The notes beneath the pieces were generated by a model. It was not told the origin of the DNA, ran no database searches, and saw nothing but the letters and a program-made list of their open reading frames with translations. 64,000 nucleotides of DNA from the NCBI GenBank assembly GCA_019310485.1, contig JAFDEF010000001.1, positions 13,289-77,288 of the forward strand. Direction: 5' to 3'. The DNA comes from Deltaproteobacteria bacterium. GTDB taxonomy: Bacteria; Desulfobacterota; DSM-4660; Desulfatiglandales; HGW-15. A program made the translations under genes and the position numbers. This document shows, piece after piece, positions 1-8,862 of the stretch. Position 1 is the first letter of the stretch. Each line of letters starts with the position of its first letter.

Positions 1-777
1 TACAATATTCGCCTCAAAGAAAAGCCCGACATTGAAGGGATCAAAAAGGCAGGGAAGCTCGCGATCCAGACCCTCGACCTCGTGGAGCAGAACCTCAGGG
101 GAGGGATGACGACTGATGAAATAAACAGCATTGTCCATGAATTTACCATAAAGAACGGCGCAACCCCCGCCCCGCTGCACTACCGCGGGTTTCCTAAAAG
201 CGTGTGTGTTTCTATTAATGAAGAGATTTGCCACGGTATCCCGGGTAACAGGGTTATAAGAGAGGGGGATATCGTTAACGTGGATGTCACCCCAATATTG
301 AACGGATATTATGCAGATGCCAGCAAGACATTTTTTGTGGGAAAACCCGGTCCGGGAGCTCTAAAGGTAGTTAGCGTTGCCAGAAGGTGCTTGAAGCTCG
401 GCATGGAGGCTGTAAAACCCGGCAACACGGTTGGAGACATAGGGTGGGCCATTCAAAACTATGCTGAGAGCCAGGGTTGTTCAGTGGTCAGGGAGTTCGT
501 GGGCCATGGAGTGGGCTTTGACTTCCACGAGCCGCCTCAAATCCCCCACTTCGGAGAAAAGGGCAAAGGAATTGTGCTGGTTCCTGGCATGGTTTTCACC
601 ATTGAGCCTATGATCAATCTTGGAAAAAAAGAACTCCGCATTCTTGAAGACAACTGGACAGCGGTCACTAAAGACAGCTCCCTTTCTGCACAATTTGAAC
701 AGACCGTTCTGGTCACACCTGAGGGCTTTGAAAGCCTTACGCCTTATGACCTTGACGCACCTCTTGTTCCCAAATAG
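1..777 (+). CDS. map: Methionine aminopeptidase, type I (N-terminus lies upstream of the window)
   Basis: Frame 1 is open from nt 1 (YNIRLKEKPDIEGIKKAGKLAIQTL...) and runs into track ORF 82..777. The pita-bread metal-ligand contexts GDIVNVDV, GYYADASKTF, VGHGVG, VFTIEPM and QFEQTVLVT are all present. Confidence 0.9.
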   Translation, partial: YNIRLKEKPDIEGIKKAGKLAIQTLDLVEQNLRGGMTTDEINSIVHEFTIKNGATPAPLHYRGFPKSVCVSINEEICHGIPGNRVIREGDIVNVDVTPILNGYYADASKTFFVGKPGPGALKVVSVARRCLKLGMEAVKPGNTVGDIGWAIQNYAESQGCSVVREFVGHGVGFDFHEPPQIPHFGEKGKGIVLVPGMVFTIEPMINLGKKELRILEDNWTAVTKDSSLSAQFEQTVLVTPEGFESLTPYDLDAPLVPK

Positions 778-797
778 CGGCGTTCGGGTTCCGATCC

Positions 798-1691
798 ATG
801 TGGACCTCACTGAAAAATAAAGCAAAGGATCTTGGCTTTATCTCGTTGGGGATTTCAAGGCCTATTCGCCCTCTTTACTTTGACAGTTTTCAGAGGTGGA
901 TTTCGGAGCATAAGCATGCAGACATGAGGTGGTTAGAAAAAAGCATAGAGAAAAGAGAGGACCCCTCAAAGCTTTTGAAAGGATGCAGCGCGGTCATCTC
1001 CCTTGCCTTTCCTTATTCCAGTGAGAAACCTCAAACACCTGACGGTTTTTGCGCAGCCAGATATTCCAGCCCTCAGCAGGAAGACTATCACAGGAGACTG
1101 AAGAAATTGTGCTATGAACTCACAGAAATCATCACGGAGGCCTACGCAGGGAGTCGTTTCAAAGTTTGCGTGGATTCCTCGCCAATAATGGAGAAAACTC
1201 TGGCTATCTCTGCCGGCATTGGTTTTATGGGCAAAAATACCCTGTTAATCATCCCTGGCTATGGCTCCTATTTTTTCCTGGCAGAGATACTTACCACCGC
1301 TCCTATGGAAGTTCAGGCTCAAAAGCCAGTGGGAAACCTTTGTGGTGACTGTACCAGGTGTATTGACGCATGCCCCACGGGGGCCTTGCGAGGGCCATTC
1401 ATTCTTGATGCCTCAAGGTGCTTATCCTACCTCAGCATTGAGCACAAGGGCAAGATCAGGACAGATGTTGCAAGGAAAATGGGGCGATGCTTTTTCGGAT
1501 GCGACAGGTGCCAGGAGGCATGCCCCTTTAACAATGGAAAAACGGGTGCAGATGTTTCCCTCCCGTCTACAGAGGAAATCCTGGGTATGGACAATAAAGC
1601 CTTTCAGAGGCGATTTGGCAACACCGCTCTGGCAAGGGCGGGCTTAGAAAAAATCAAGTCAAACCTGGAGGCTGTCAAACACTGCTCCTAG
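798..1691 (+). CDS. queG: Epoxyqueuosine reductase (short form)
   Basis: 297 aa. Two 4Fe-4S motifs, CGDCTRCIDACPTGAL and FGCDRCQEACPFN, follow the ISAGIGFMGKNTLLI segment typical of QueG. Confidence 0.8.
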   Translation: MWTSLKNKAKDLGFISLGISRPIRPLYFDSFQRWISEHKHADMRWLEKSIEKREDPSKLLKGCSAVISLAFPYSSEKPQTPDGFCAARYSSPQQEDYHRRLKKLCYELTEIITEAYAGSRFKVCVDSSPIMEKTLAISAGIGFMGKNTLLIIPGYGSYFFLAEILTTAPMEVQAQKPVGNLCGDCTRCIDACPTGALRGPFILDASRCLSYLSIEHKGKIRTDVARKMGRCFFGCDRCQEACPFNNGKTGADVSLPSTEEILGMDNKAFQRRFGNTALARAGLEKIKSNLEAVKHCS

Positions 1692-1851
1692 GATCAAAGA
1701 ATCTAGCAGCCTCCCCCGCAACTGCGTAAAGAAAGCGTGCGTCACGGCTGCTTCTGGAAAATGGTTAAGGGCAGGGCGTTCGAAATCCGGAAAAACTGAA
1801 GCTTATGTAGAAGTGTACTGAGGTTATGGAAAACGGGGATAAAGAGATGCA

Positions 1852-2466
1852 TTACCGTTTTAGACCAGCCTCCTGGCGGGAGACTGCCTTGAGCCCCAGG
1901 TTAAATGCCTCCTGGAGCGCTTCGGGGTTCTCCTTGGCTGCAGTTTTCTTTTCAAGTCGTCTGAAGAAAATCTCCCCCTCATAGCTCATCTCCAGAGCAT
2001 CGAAGAAGTACCTGGCTGTCAGCTGCGCACCTTCGAAAAGATTCTTTCCCCTTGTGGCACCTACTGCAACCAGGTAACCCCTTCCCCTCAAGGAAGTCCC
2101 TCCTTTCCCGGCCCGGGCCTTGAGCATTTTTTTTGACCACATTGCCTGAGCGCGGTCAACAATGGCTTTAATCTGTGCTGTAAGACCGTAGAAAAAAATG
2201 GGGGAGGCCAAAAAAATCACGTCAGCCTCCTCCAGCAAGGGATAAACAGTTTGCATCTCGTCATTAACCACGCACTTTCCTGTCTTCTCGCATCCCCCGC
2301 ACTCCTGGCAGCCTGATATCTTGAGATCGCGCGCATAGATCCTCTTAACTTCCGCCCCTGCTGACTGAGCTCCTTCCAGCACCTTGTCAAGGAGCTGATC
2401 ACTGTTTCCACCTTTGCGAGGACTCCCGTAGATACCCAGCACCTTCACCCTAGAACTATCCTTCAT
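1852..2466 (-). CDS. Iron-sulfur flavoprotein (Isf-like; flavodoxin fold / NADPH-dependent FMN reductase family)
   Basis: 204 aa. FMN loop VLGIYGSPRKGGNS plus the compact cysteine cluster CQECGGCEKTGKC (CX2CX2CX5C) typical of Isf proteins. Confidence 0.75.
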   Translation of the reverse strand: MKDSSRVKVLGIYGSPRKGGNSDQLLDKVLEGAQSAGAEVKRIYARDLKISGCQECGGCEKTGKCVVNDEMQTVYPLLEEADVIFLASPIFFYGLTAQIKAIVDRAQAMWSKKMLKARAGKGGTSLRGRGYLVAVGATRGKNLFEGAQLTARYFFDALEMSYEGEIFFRRLEKKTAAKENPEALQEAFNLGLKAVSRQEAGLKR

Positions 2467-2516
2467 TTCTCTCCAAGCTCCTTCCGCTTAAACATGCTGC
2501 CATTGGTAATGAACTT

Positions 2517-2625
2517 CCCCGCCGCAAGCAGCGCGGTATCAATCGGAAACCATCTTAACCGCCCCAAGGGGCGGGGAATCAAACCCTTGTCCGCCAGAGG
2601 CGGATTAATCCGCCTCTGGCGGATT
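2517..2625 (+). repeat. REP-like structured intergenic repeat, copy A (three GC-rich hairpins; last one expanded to a perfect 32-bp palindrome)
   Basis: ccccgccgcaagcagcgcggtatcaatcggaaac...cgccccaaggggcggggaatcaaaccc...ccgccagaggcggattaatccgcctctggcgg. It is near-identical to 19646-19734. Track ORF 2494..2751 is just its translation. Confidence 0.8.
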
Positions 2626-2879
2626 GATAACACAATAGAATCCCTCCAGTATTGCCTTCGCTTAGAGCGATGTCGCCACCAAAATCCCCGCCTTCATAGA
2701 AAAGTGATGCTGACCGTGCCAAGGATCATGTATCCGTTCTTTTTTGCTTGAATTCTTGATCAATTTGAGTTATTTAAAAAAGTTTAAGTAGCTAAGACAT
2801 ATAAAAATAGCTGATTTTTTCAGCATGAACCGGCCTTTAGCATAAGGACTAGAGAAAAGCCAGGTAAAAGCAAAAAGCC

Positions 2880-3404
2880 ATGGACAGCGTACTCCTCTTA
2901 AATATCACCTATGAACCACTCAAGATAATTAACTGGAAAAAAGCCATAACCATGCTCTTTCTGGGCAAGGTGGAAGTGCTTGAGGAATATGACCGTGAGA
3001 TACACTCCGTCAGCTTTGCCATCAAGCTCCCTTCTGTTGTCCGCCTGCTAAAGATGGTGAAAAAACCAAAAAAGCCGGTGAAATTCTCCAGGCAAAACAT
3101 ATATGCCAGAGATCGCTATCAGTGCCAGTATTGCGGTGCCAGGTTCTCTCCGGAGGATCTCACTTATGACCACGTAATACCGAAATCTCGGGGAGGCAAG
3201 ACCAAGTGGGAAAACATTGTAACCTGTTGCGTTGAGTGCAACAGGAAAAAAGGCGGCCGCACTCCCTCAGAGGCAGGTATGAAACTAGTGCGTCATCCCG
3301 CCAGGCCAAGCTGGGTTCCTGCCATCAGGATCACTATAGGGTTTAGGAAAGTCCCTGAAACATGGCGCGATTATCTCTACTGGAACATAGAACTGGTAGA
3401 GTAG
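2880..3404 (+). CDS. HNH endonuclease family protein (stand-alone, McrA-like)
   Basis: 174 aa. HNH core YDHVIPKSRGGKTKWENIVTCCVECNRKKG, flanked by the Cys pairs CQYCG and CCVEC. Confidence 0.8.
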   Translation: MDSVLLLNITYEPLKIINWKKAITMLFLGKVEVLEEYDREIHSVSFAIKLPSVVRLLKMVKKPKKPVKFSRQNIYARDRYQCQYCGARFSPEDLTYDHVIPKSRGGKTKWENIVTCCVECNRKKGGRTPSEAGMKLVRHPARPSWVPAIRITIGFRKVPETWRDYLYWNIELVE

Positions 3405-3517
3405 TGGCTCGCTAAGGGTTGAGACTTACCCATTTCTTGCCACTAGAACAGCACTAACACCTCCCCCAATTTGACGAAATCTAGTGCCTGATAGCGCTGT
3501 TTCCCATAGTCGGGGGA

Positions 3518-3937
3518 TTATTCAATGGCCGAGGCAATTTTTTGGCCCGTCTGCTTGATTGCTTCAATGTCCCCACTCTTCAGCTCCCAGCTGGTAATGG
3601 GGAGCTCTGGAGCTCCACTGGCCCTCGGGACCAGGTGGAGATGGTAGTGGAGCACCACCTGGTTGGCTCCTTTCCCGTTTAACTGAAGCGCTGCGATGCC
3701 CGTCGGATTCAGCGCTTTCTTAATAGCACGGGCCACTTTCTGCGAAGCCATGTGAACAGCGGCCAGGTCCTCTGCGGGGATTTCCCAGAGATTTTCCGCA
3801 TGCCTTTTGGGGATAATAAGCGTGTGGCCCTCTGAGATCGGGTTTATGTCTTCGAAAGCGAGCGTCTTCTCATCCTCGTACACTTTAACACATGGAATTT
3901 CACCATTTACGATCTTGCAAAATAGGCAATCCGTCAT
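3518..3937 (-). CDS. HIT (histidine triad) family protein
   Basis: 139 aa. Histidine triad LHYHLHLVPR. The N-terminal CLFCKIVNGEIP is typical of HinT-like proteins. Confidence 0.85.
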   Translation of the reverse strand: MTDCLFCKIVNGEIPCVKVYEDEKTLAFEDINPISEGHTLIIPKRHAENLWEIPAEDLAAVHMASQKVARAIKKALNPTGIAALQLNGKGANQVVLHYHLHLVPRASGAPELPITSWELKSGDIEAIKQTGQKIASAIE

Positions 3938-3987
3938 TTCCCTCCCTCTCCTTTCCGATTCAACGATTCCCTGAGTACGCCCCGGGC

Positions 3988-4278
3988 CTATCGTTCCATC
4001 ATCTTTTGGATTTTGACCTTCTTGTCACCAGGAGGATCCATTTTCCTGAGGTTCATGGATCTCATAATATCAAAAGTGCCGTCTTCAAAAAGCACGGGTA
4101 TTTGAAGGACGTTGTCCGGGTCCTGACAGCAGCCCGGTGCAAAGTAGCGTCCGGGCTTCCTGCCTTCTTTAAAACGAGTACGAGCTTCTTCAAGTTCATG
4201 CCGTGAGAGCACAATCCCAAAGTGGTTGGAAAATGATTTTACATAATCTCCGGGCTCAAAAACTCTCTTTCTCTCCAT
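3988..4278 (-). CDS. Hypothetical small protein
   Basis: 96-aa ORF co-directional with its neighbours and filling the gap between HIT and mnmA. No recognisable motif. Confidence 0.45.
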   Translation of the reverse strand: MERKRVFEPGDYVKSFSNHFGIVLSRHELEEARTRFKEGRKPGRYFAPGCCQDPDNVLQIPVLFEDGTFDIMRSMNLRKMDPPGDKKVKIQKMMER

Positions 4279-4333
4279 AGCCTTTCCAAAAAGATTTTGG
4301 GTTTAGTTGCCGATACGCCTACCGGTTGCGCCC

Positions 4334-5419
4334 CTATTTCGTGATCCATCCCCCGCCGAGCACCCGATCACCGTCGTAGCAAACAAGGGCCTGTCCAGGT
4401 GTTATGGCCCACTGAGGCTGATCAAAAGTGAATCTTACTCTCTTTTGGTCCACGAACTCCAGCCACCCCGGGGAAGGCTGGTGCCTGTAACGCATCTGGG
4501 CCTGGACACGGACCCTGCGTGCCGGAGGGCTCCCTGCTATCCAGTTGAAATCGTTGGCTTCCAGTTCTTTTGAAAACAGCTCCTCTTTTCTTGCAACCAC
4601 TACTTGATTCTCGTGAGGTCTTATCTCCATTACGTAGTAAGGGCTTTCAGATGCAATACCCAAGCCATGTCTTTGCCCAATAGTGTAGCGGTACGTGCCT
4701 AGATGTTCACCCACTTTCCGCCCTTCCCGGTCAATGATATCTCCTTTCTCAAGGGTTTTTTCCGCCCTTTTGCTTTCAAGCAGCATTCGATAATCATTGC
4801 CTGAAAGGAAGCATATTTCCTGGCTTTCAGGCCCTGATATTGGAGGCAGGCCCAGTTTGGCCGCCAGTGCTCGTGCCTGAGCCTTGAATAAATTTTCGAG
4901 CGGAAATACGGTCTTGGATAAACGGTTCTGGTCCAGGCGGTGCAGGAAATAGCTTTGCTCTTTACCCTTGTCTTTCCCGCGCCACAGCTCAAACAAACCG
5001 CTTTCAGCCTTCCTGACCCTTGCATAATGGCCCGTGGCCACGTATTCAATGCCCTCCTGCTTTGCATAGCGAAGAAGCCCGTCAAACTTGATCTTTGGGT
5101 TACAAACAACGCAAGGATTAGGAGTCAAACCCTGGAGGTATATTTCAATGAAAGGCTCAATTACAAGCCTGCTGAATTGCTCTTTCATGTCCACCACCGA
5201 CAGGGGCACTTGCAGGCTCTCGGCAATCCTCTGTGCTGAGGCCACCTTCTCCTCACCCTTTGAGCCGAATCCTGGCAGGAGAAAATGAAGACACCTTATA
5301 TGCCACCCCTTTTCCCGGAGGAGAGCGGCTGCCAGGGCACTGTCCACTCCCCCGCTGAGGGCAACAACAACTGTGGAAGGTTCCTCGATCATATCAAAGT
5401 GGCTAGAAATGGGCTGCAA
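4334..5419 (-). CDS. mnmA: tRNA 2-thiouridine(34) synthase
   Basis: 361 aa. PP-loop VVVALSGGVDSALAA, catalytic-Cys context NPCVVCN and the C-terminal beta-barrel region QALVCYDGDRVLGGGWI. Confidence 0.9.
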   Translation of the reverse strand: MQPISSHFDMIEEPSTVVVALSGGVDSALAAALLREKGWHIRCLHFLLPGFGSKGEEKVASAQRIAESLQVPLSVVDMKEQFSRLVIEPFIEIYLQGLTPNPCVVCNPKIKFDGLLRYAKQEGIEYVATGHYARVRKAESGLFELWRGKDKGKEQSYFLHRLDQNRLSKTVFPLENLFKAQARALAAKLGLPPISGPESQEICFLSGNDYRMLLESKRAEKTLEKGDIIDREGRKVGEHLGTYRYTIGQRHGLGIASESPYYVMEIRPHENQVVVARKEELFSKELEANDFNWIAGSPPARRVRVQAQMRYRHQPSPGWLEFVDQKRVRFTFDQPQWAITPGQALVCYDGDRVLGGGWITK

Positions 5420-5455
5420 GAGACACTCCGGGAAGGTAGAGGGGAGAATTCTCTT

Positions 5456-5881
5456 TCAGTCGAGAAGGCTTCTGTCAAGCCTGACCTCCATGGCCCTGGC
5501 AGGGCATGCCACAACACACATCTCACAGGCACTACACTTGTCACTATCAAAGAGAACTTCCATTTGAGGCCTTTTGATATAGAGAGCGCCGGTGGGGCAA
5601 ACGGCAGTGCACGCCCCGCAATGAAAGCATTTTTCCTCGTCTCTCTTTATGTCCTGCCCCAGGCTTTCCACTTTCATTCCCAGGCTTTTGAGATAGCGCA
5701 CTCCCCTCTGGAAGTTCTTTTTGTGCCCCCGCAACTCCATTACCGCAAGACCCTCTTTTCTGGGGTAAATTGTTGCCTTCAAAATATTGAAAGTCAGGTC
5801 GAACTTCTTGACAAGATTGGCAATGATCGGCTCATTAACGACTTCCGGAGGGAACCTCAAAGTTACCATTTTTGAATACAT
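5456..5881 (-). CDS. NIL-domain 4Fe-4S ferredoxin
   Basis: 141 aa. N-terminal NIL domain (VTLRFPPEVVNEPIIANLVKKFDLTFNILKA) plus CFHCGACTAVCPTGAL and CSACEMCVVACPARAM. RBS GGAAGGAGG lies upstream. Confidence 0.75.
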   Translation of the reverse strand: MYSKMVTLRFPPEVVNEPIIANLVKKFDLTFNILKATIYPRKEGLAVMELRGHKKNFQRGVRYLKSLGMKVESLGQDIKRDEEKCFHCGACTAVCPTGALYIKRPQMEVLFDSDKCSACEMCVVACPARAMEVRLDRSLLD

Positions 5882-5903
5882 AATCGCTTCCTCCTTCCGC
5901 TAG

Positions 5904-5947
5904 GAGGCTGTCGGAAAACACAGCAAATGGGGTTTTCCGACAGCCTC
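5904..5947 (-). terminator. Perfect 16-bp stem hairpin between the aminotransferase and NIL-ferredoxin genes (terminator / mRNA-stabilising or REP-type element)
   Basis: gaggctgtcggaaaac-N12-gttttccgacagcctc. There is no U-tract, so the terminator role is uncertain. The 5' arm recurs at 24574-24591. Confidence 0.3.
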
Positions 5948-6033
5948 TGATGACTCCCGTTTTCAGACAGGGTCATTAGTGCTGCCCCCCTGTCTTGTGT
6001 GCAATTCCGATACGGGTAAGAACTAATTCCTGC

Positions 6034-7218
6034 CTATTTCTTGAATTTTTTTATGGCCCTTTCGAAACCTGGCATTGCATTCTCAATAGTACTGTCATCA
6101 ACGCAATATGCAATTCGAATATGGCCCGGCCCAAAAAAACCACTGCCGGGAACAGTAAGGATATTCTCCTCCTGAAGTGCAGAAACAAAAGCCACGTCAT
6201 CCTCTATTGGACTTTTGGGAAACAAGTAAAAGGTACCTTCGGGCTTGACAAAGCTGTAACCGCAGGCCTCAAGACCCCTGCACAGCAAATCTCTTTTCTT
6301 CTGGTACAGCGATATGTCCACGCTATCCTCCAGCAGGTGAGGAACCACTCTTTGCATTATCGCAGGGGCGTTTGTATACCCCAGCACGCGATTACATAGA
6401 ATCATGCCTGCCATAATTAGCTTCTTTTCAGAGATATCCGGGTTTACGGCTGCATATCCGATTCTTTCCCCTGGGAGGGAAAGGTCTTTGGAAAACGATG
6501 TTACCACAAAACTCTGCGCGTAGGCATCAAATACACTCGGCACCCTGACTCCGTCGTAAACAATTTTCCGGTAGGGCTCATCCGAGATTAGGTAAAGCGT
6601 CTTACCAAGTTTTCGGCTGTGCTGAGACAAGAGATCTCCGAGTCCTTTCAGATCTTCTTCGCTATATACCTTTCCCGTGGGATTATTCGGGGAGTTGATC
6701 AAGACTGCTTTTGTCTTTCCATTAATCGCCTCTTCTATGGCCTCAAGATCTATCGAGAAATCATCTCCGGTCCTTACCACGCGTGGTACACCCTGGTGGT
6801 TATCAAGGTAAAAATTGTACTCCACAAAATAAGGGCTTGGAATGATTACTTCCTCACCGGGGTTGGTTATTGTTTTGATGACAACATTCAGCGCACCACC
6901 TGCTCCCATTGTCATTACGATATCATCAGCGCCAAATTTTTGCCTGTTGTGCTTACTGAGATAAGAGGCAACTGCCTCCCGGGTTTCGGGAAGCCCGGCA
7001 TTCGGCATGTACCCATGTACTCCTTTCCTCTCGTCGGCGGCCACTTTTTTCAACACTTCCACAAATTTCGGCGGCGGATCAAGGTTGGGGTTGCCGAGGC
7101 TAAAATCAAATACGTTCTCCTCCCCGTACTTTTGTTTCCTTGAGATTCCCTCTTCAAACATTTTGCGAATCCAAGACGATTTTTCTATTGAACCCTGCAC
7201 TTTTTTTGAAATGGACAT
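6034..7218 (-). CDS. PLP-dependent aminotransferase, class I/II (aspartate-type)
   Basis: 394 aa. Motifs INSPNNPTGKVY and SFSKDLSLPGERIGY (PLP lysine in an SxSK context). Confidence 0.85.
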   Translation of the reverse strand: MSISKKVQGSIEKSSWIRKMFEEGISRKQKYGEENVFDFSLGNPNLDPPPKFVEVLKKVAADERKGVHGYMPNAGLPETREAVASYLSKHNRQKFGADDIVMTMGAGGALNVVIKTITNPGEEVIIPSPYFVEYNFYLDNHQGVPRVVRTGDDFSIDLEAIEEAINGKTKAVLINSPNNPTGKVYSEEDLKGLGDLLSQHSRKLGKTLYLISDEPYRKIVYDGVRVPSVFDAYAQSFVVTSFSKDLSLPGERIGYAAVNPDISEKKLIMAGMILCNRVLGYTNAPAIMQRVVPHLLEDSVDISLYQKKRDLLCRGLEACGYSFVKPEGTFYLFPKSPIEDDVAFVSALQEENILTVPGSGFFGPGHIRIAYCVDDSTIENAMPGFERAIKKFKK

Positions 7219-7428
7219 GATACTCCTCCGGGATTTTGATCAAGCCAAAATAGTCGTTTTTTTTCTTTTTGTAAAGATTTTCAGCGGCAAAAGCCGCTTT
7301 GGAGGCCCTAAATAAATACTTCCCTATTCAAACAAGTTATTCTAGAATATAAGAAGACAACTTGCATTGCCACGGCATATTGTCCAAATCCCGTCTTAAT
7401 GTTGGAGTTCCAGGAGTAGTGTAAAATA

Positions 7429-8604
7429 ATGAAGAAAAAAGCCAAGAAAACCCCCACGATAGCCATACTGACCGGCGGAGGTGATGTGCCGGGTCTGAAC
7501 CCCTGCATCAAAACCCTTGTTTACAGGGCACACAGTGAAGGCATTCGGGTTCTGGGCATCCGGCGCGGCTGGGCCGGGATTCTTGGATACGATCCTAAAG
7601 ATCCGCAGGTCCATTTCAGATACGTGCAGGAGTTGACTCCTCCTGAAGTGAGAACAATAGATCGTTCAGGGGGAACTTACTTGCATACCTCCCGGACTAA
7701 CCCCAGTGCCGCACGGAAAAAAGATGTTCCCGAACACCTGAAGAGTAAGTTCAAAGGAGATGCTGATGTGTTGGACCTCACTTCGCTCGTGCTCAAGAAC
7801 CTTGAGCGGCTCCAAATCGATGCAATTATCCCCATAGGTGGCGACGATACTCTCAGTTTCGCAGACAGGTTGCACCGGGAAGACTTTCCTGTCATTGCTA
7901 TCCCCAAGACCATGGATAATGATGTTTTTGGTACCGACTACTGCATTGGGTTTTCAACTGCAGTCACAAGAAGCGTTAACTTTATTCATGCCCTGAGAAC
8001 ATCCACGGGCTCTCATGAGCGCATTGCGGTTATTGAACTCTTTGGCAGGTATTGTGGAGAAACCTCCTTGATATCCGCCTACCTGGCAGGAGTCGATCGA
8101 GCAATCATCTCTGAGGTTCCGTTTGATCCTGAAAGGCTTGCAAAACTTATCATGGAGGACAAAACCGCCAATCCCAAGAACTATGCCATGATTACCATAT
8201 CCGAAGGAGCCAGGATGACCAAGGGTGAGCTTTTCCAGTCTGGTGATGCCGATGCTTACGGGCACAAGAAACTTGGCGGCATAGGGGAAGAAACAGGATA
8301 CCTGCTCAAGAAACTAACGGGTGAGGATGTTCTCAACCAGAGCCTTTCTTACCTGATGAGAAGCGGCAGTCCTGACTCTCTTGACCTGATGGTTGCAGTC
8401 AATTATGCAAATATGGCGATCGACCTTTTCTTGAAAAGCGTTTTCGGCCGACTGGTCGCTTTGAGCCGTGGAATTTACACTGACATCCCCTTGAGCACCG
8501 TGACTTCGGGCCAGAAAAGGGTGGATGTGAGGGAACTCTACGACGTGGAAGCTTACAGGCCAAAAGTCCGCCACGTGGGTGGCAAACCGATGTTTCTATA
8601 TTAA
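7429..8604 (+). CDS. pfk: 6-phosphofructokinase, predicted pyrophosphate-dependent
   Basis: 391 aa. Motifs [24 protein letters not shown] and IPKTMDNDV. The residues equivalent to E. coli Gly104/Gly124 are Asp/Lys. Confidence 0.85.
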   Translation: MKKKAKKTPTIAILTGGGDVPGLNPCIKTLVYRAHSEGIRVLGIRRGWAGILGYDPKDPQVHFRYVQELTPPEVRTIDRSGGTYLHTSRTNPSAARKKDVPEHLKSKFKGDADVLDLTSLVLKNLERLQIDAIIPIGGDDTLSFADRLHREDFPVIAIPKTMDNDVFGTDYCIGFSTAVTRSVNFIHALRTSTGSHERIAVIELFGRYCGETSLISAYLAGVDRAIISEVPFDPERLAKLIMEDKTANPKNYAMITISEGARMTKGELFQSGDADAYGHKKLGGIGEETGYLLKKLTGEDVLNQSLSYLMRSGSPDSLDLMVAVNYANMAIDLFLKSVFGRLVALSRGIYTDIPLSTVTSGQKRVDVRELYDVEAYRPKVRHVGGKPMFLY

Positions 8605-8862
8605 ATGGGACCGGTTATACACGGGCACCACACCTGTAAGCCCCCCAGCTACACTCAAGGAGGAAGGCTTTTATCTCGCCTCCATTCCGCCGGTCAAGAC
8701 CTCGCCAAAAGGCAGGAAGCTCTTGTTTCGCAAAATACTCCTTCTTTGTCACTTTGGCAAGTGTGAAAAGAGAAGGGGCTTTTTGGGGGCGATTGCGGAT
8801 GCAGGCTTGAGGCAAAAAATTAGGCAAACAGCCATCAGGTTTCAGGTTTAGAAAGAAATAAG

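Noticed and set aside
2494-2751. Track ORFs 2494..2751 and 19531..19782, which share a peptide segment (SIGN.LN.P.G).
   Set aside because: The shared segment is the translation of the REP-like DNA repeat. There is no RBS, and the composition is low-complexity and driven by GC-rich hairpins.
2880-3404. HNH endonuclease as the seed of a defence or restriction island.
   Set aside because: No methyltransferase, helicase, ATPase or other defence-type partner is adjacent. The flanks are housekeeping (Isf, HIT, mnmA), and the gene looks like the widespread stand-alone HNH family.
8605-8862. The 258-nt spacer before ispG, and the spacers 9934-10139 and 16373-16723, were checked for tRNA, SRP RNA, RNase P or tmRNA signatures and sigma54 (TGGCAC-N5-TTGC) promoters.
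   Set aside because: No cloverleaf-compatible sequence, no conserved RNase P/SRP/tmRNA boxes and no good -24/-12 element were found by eye.
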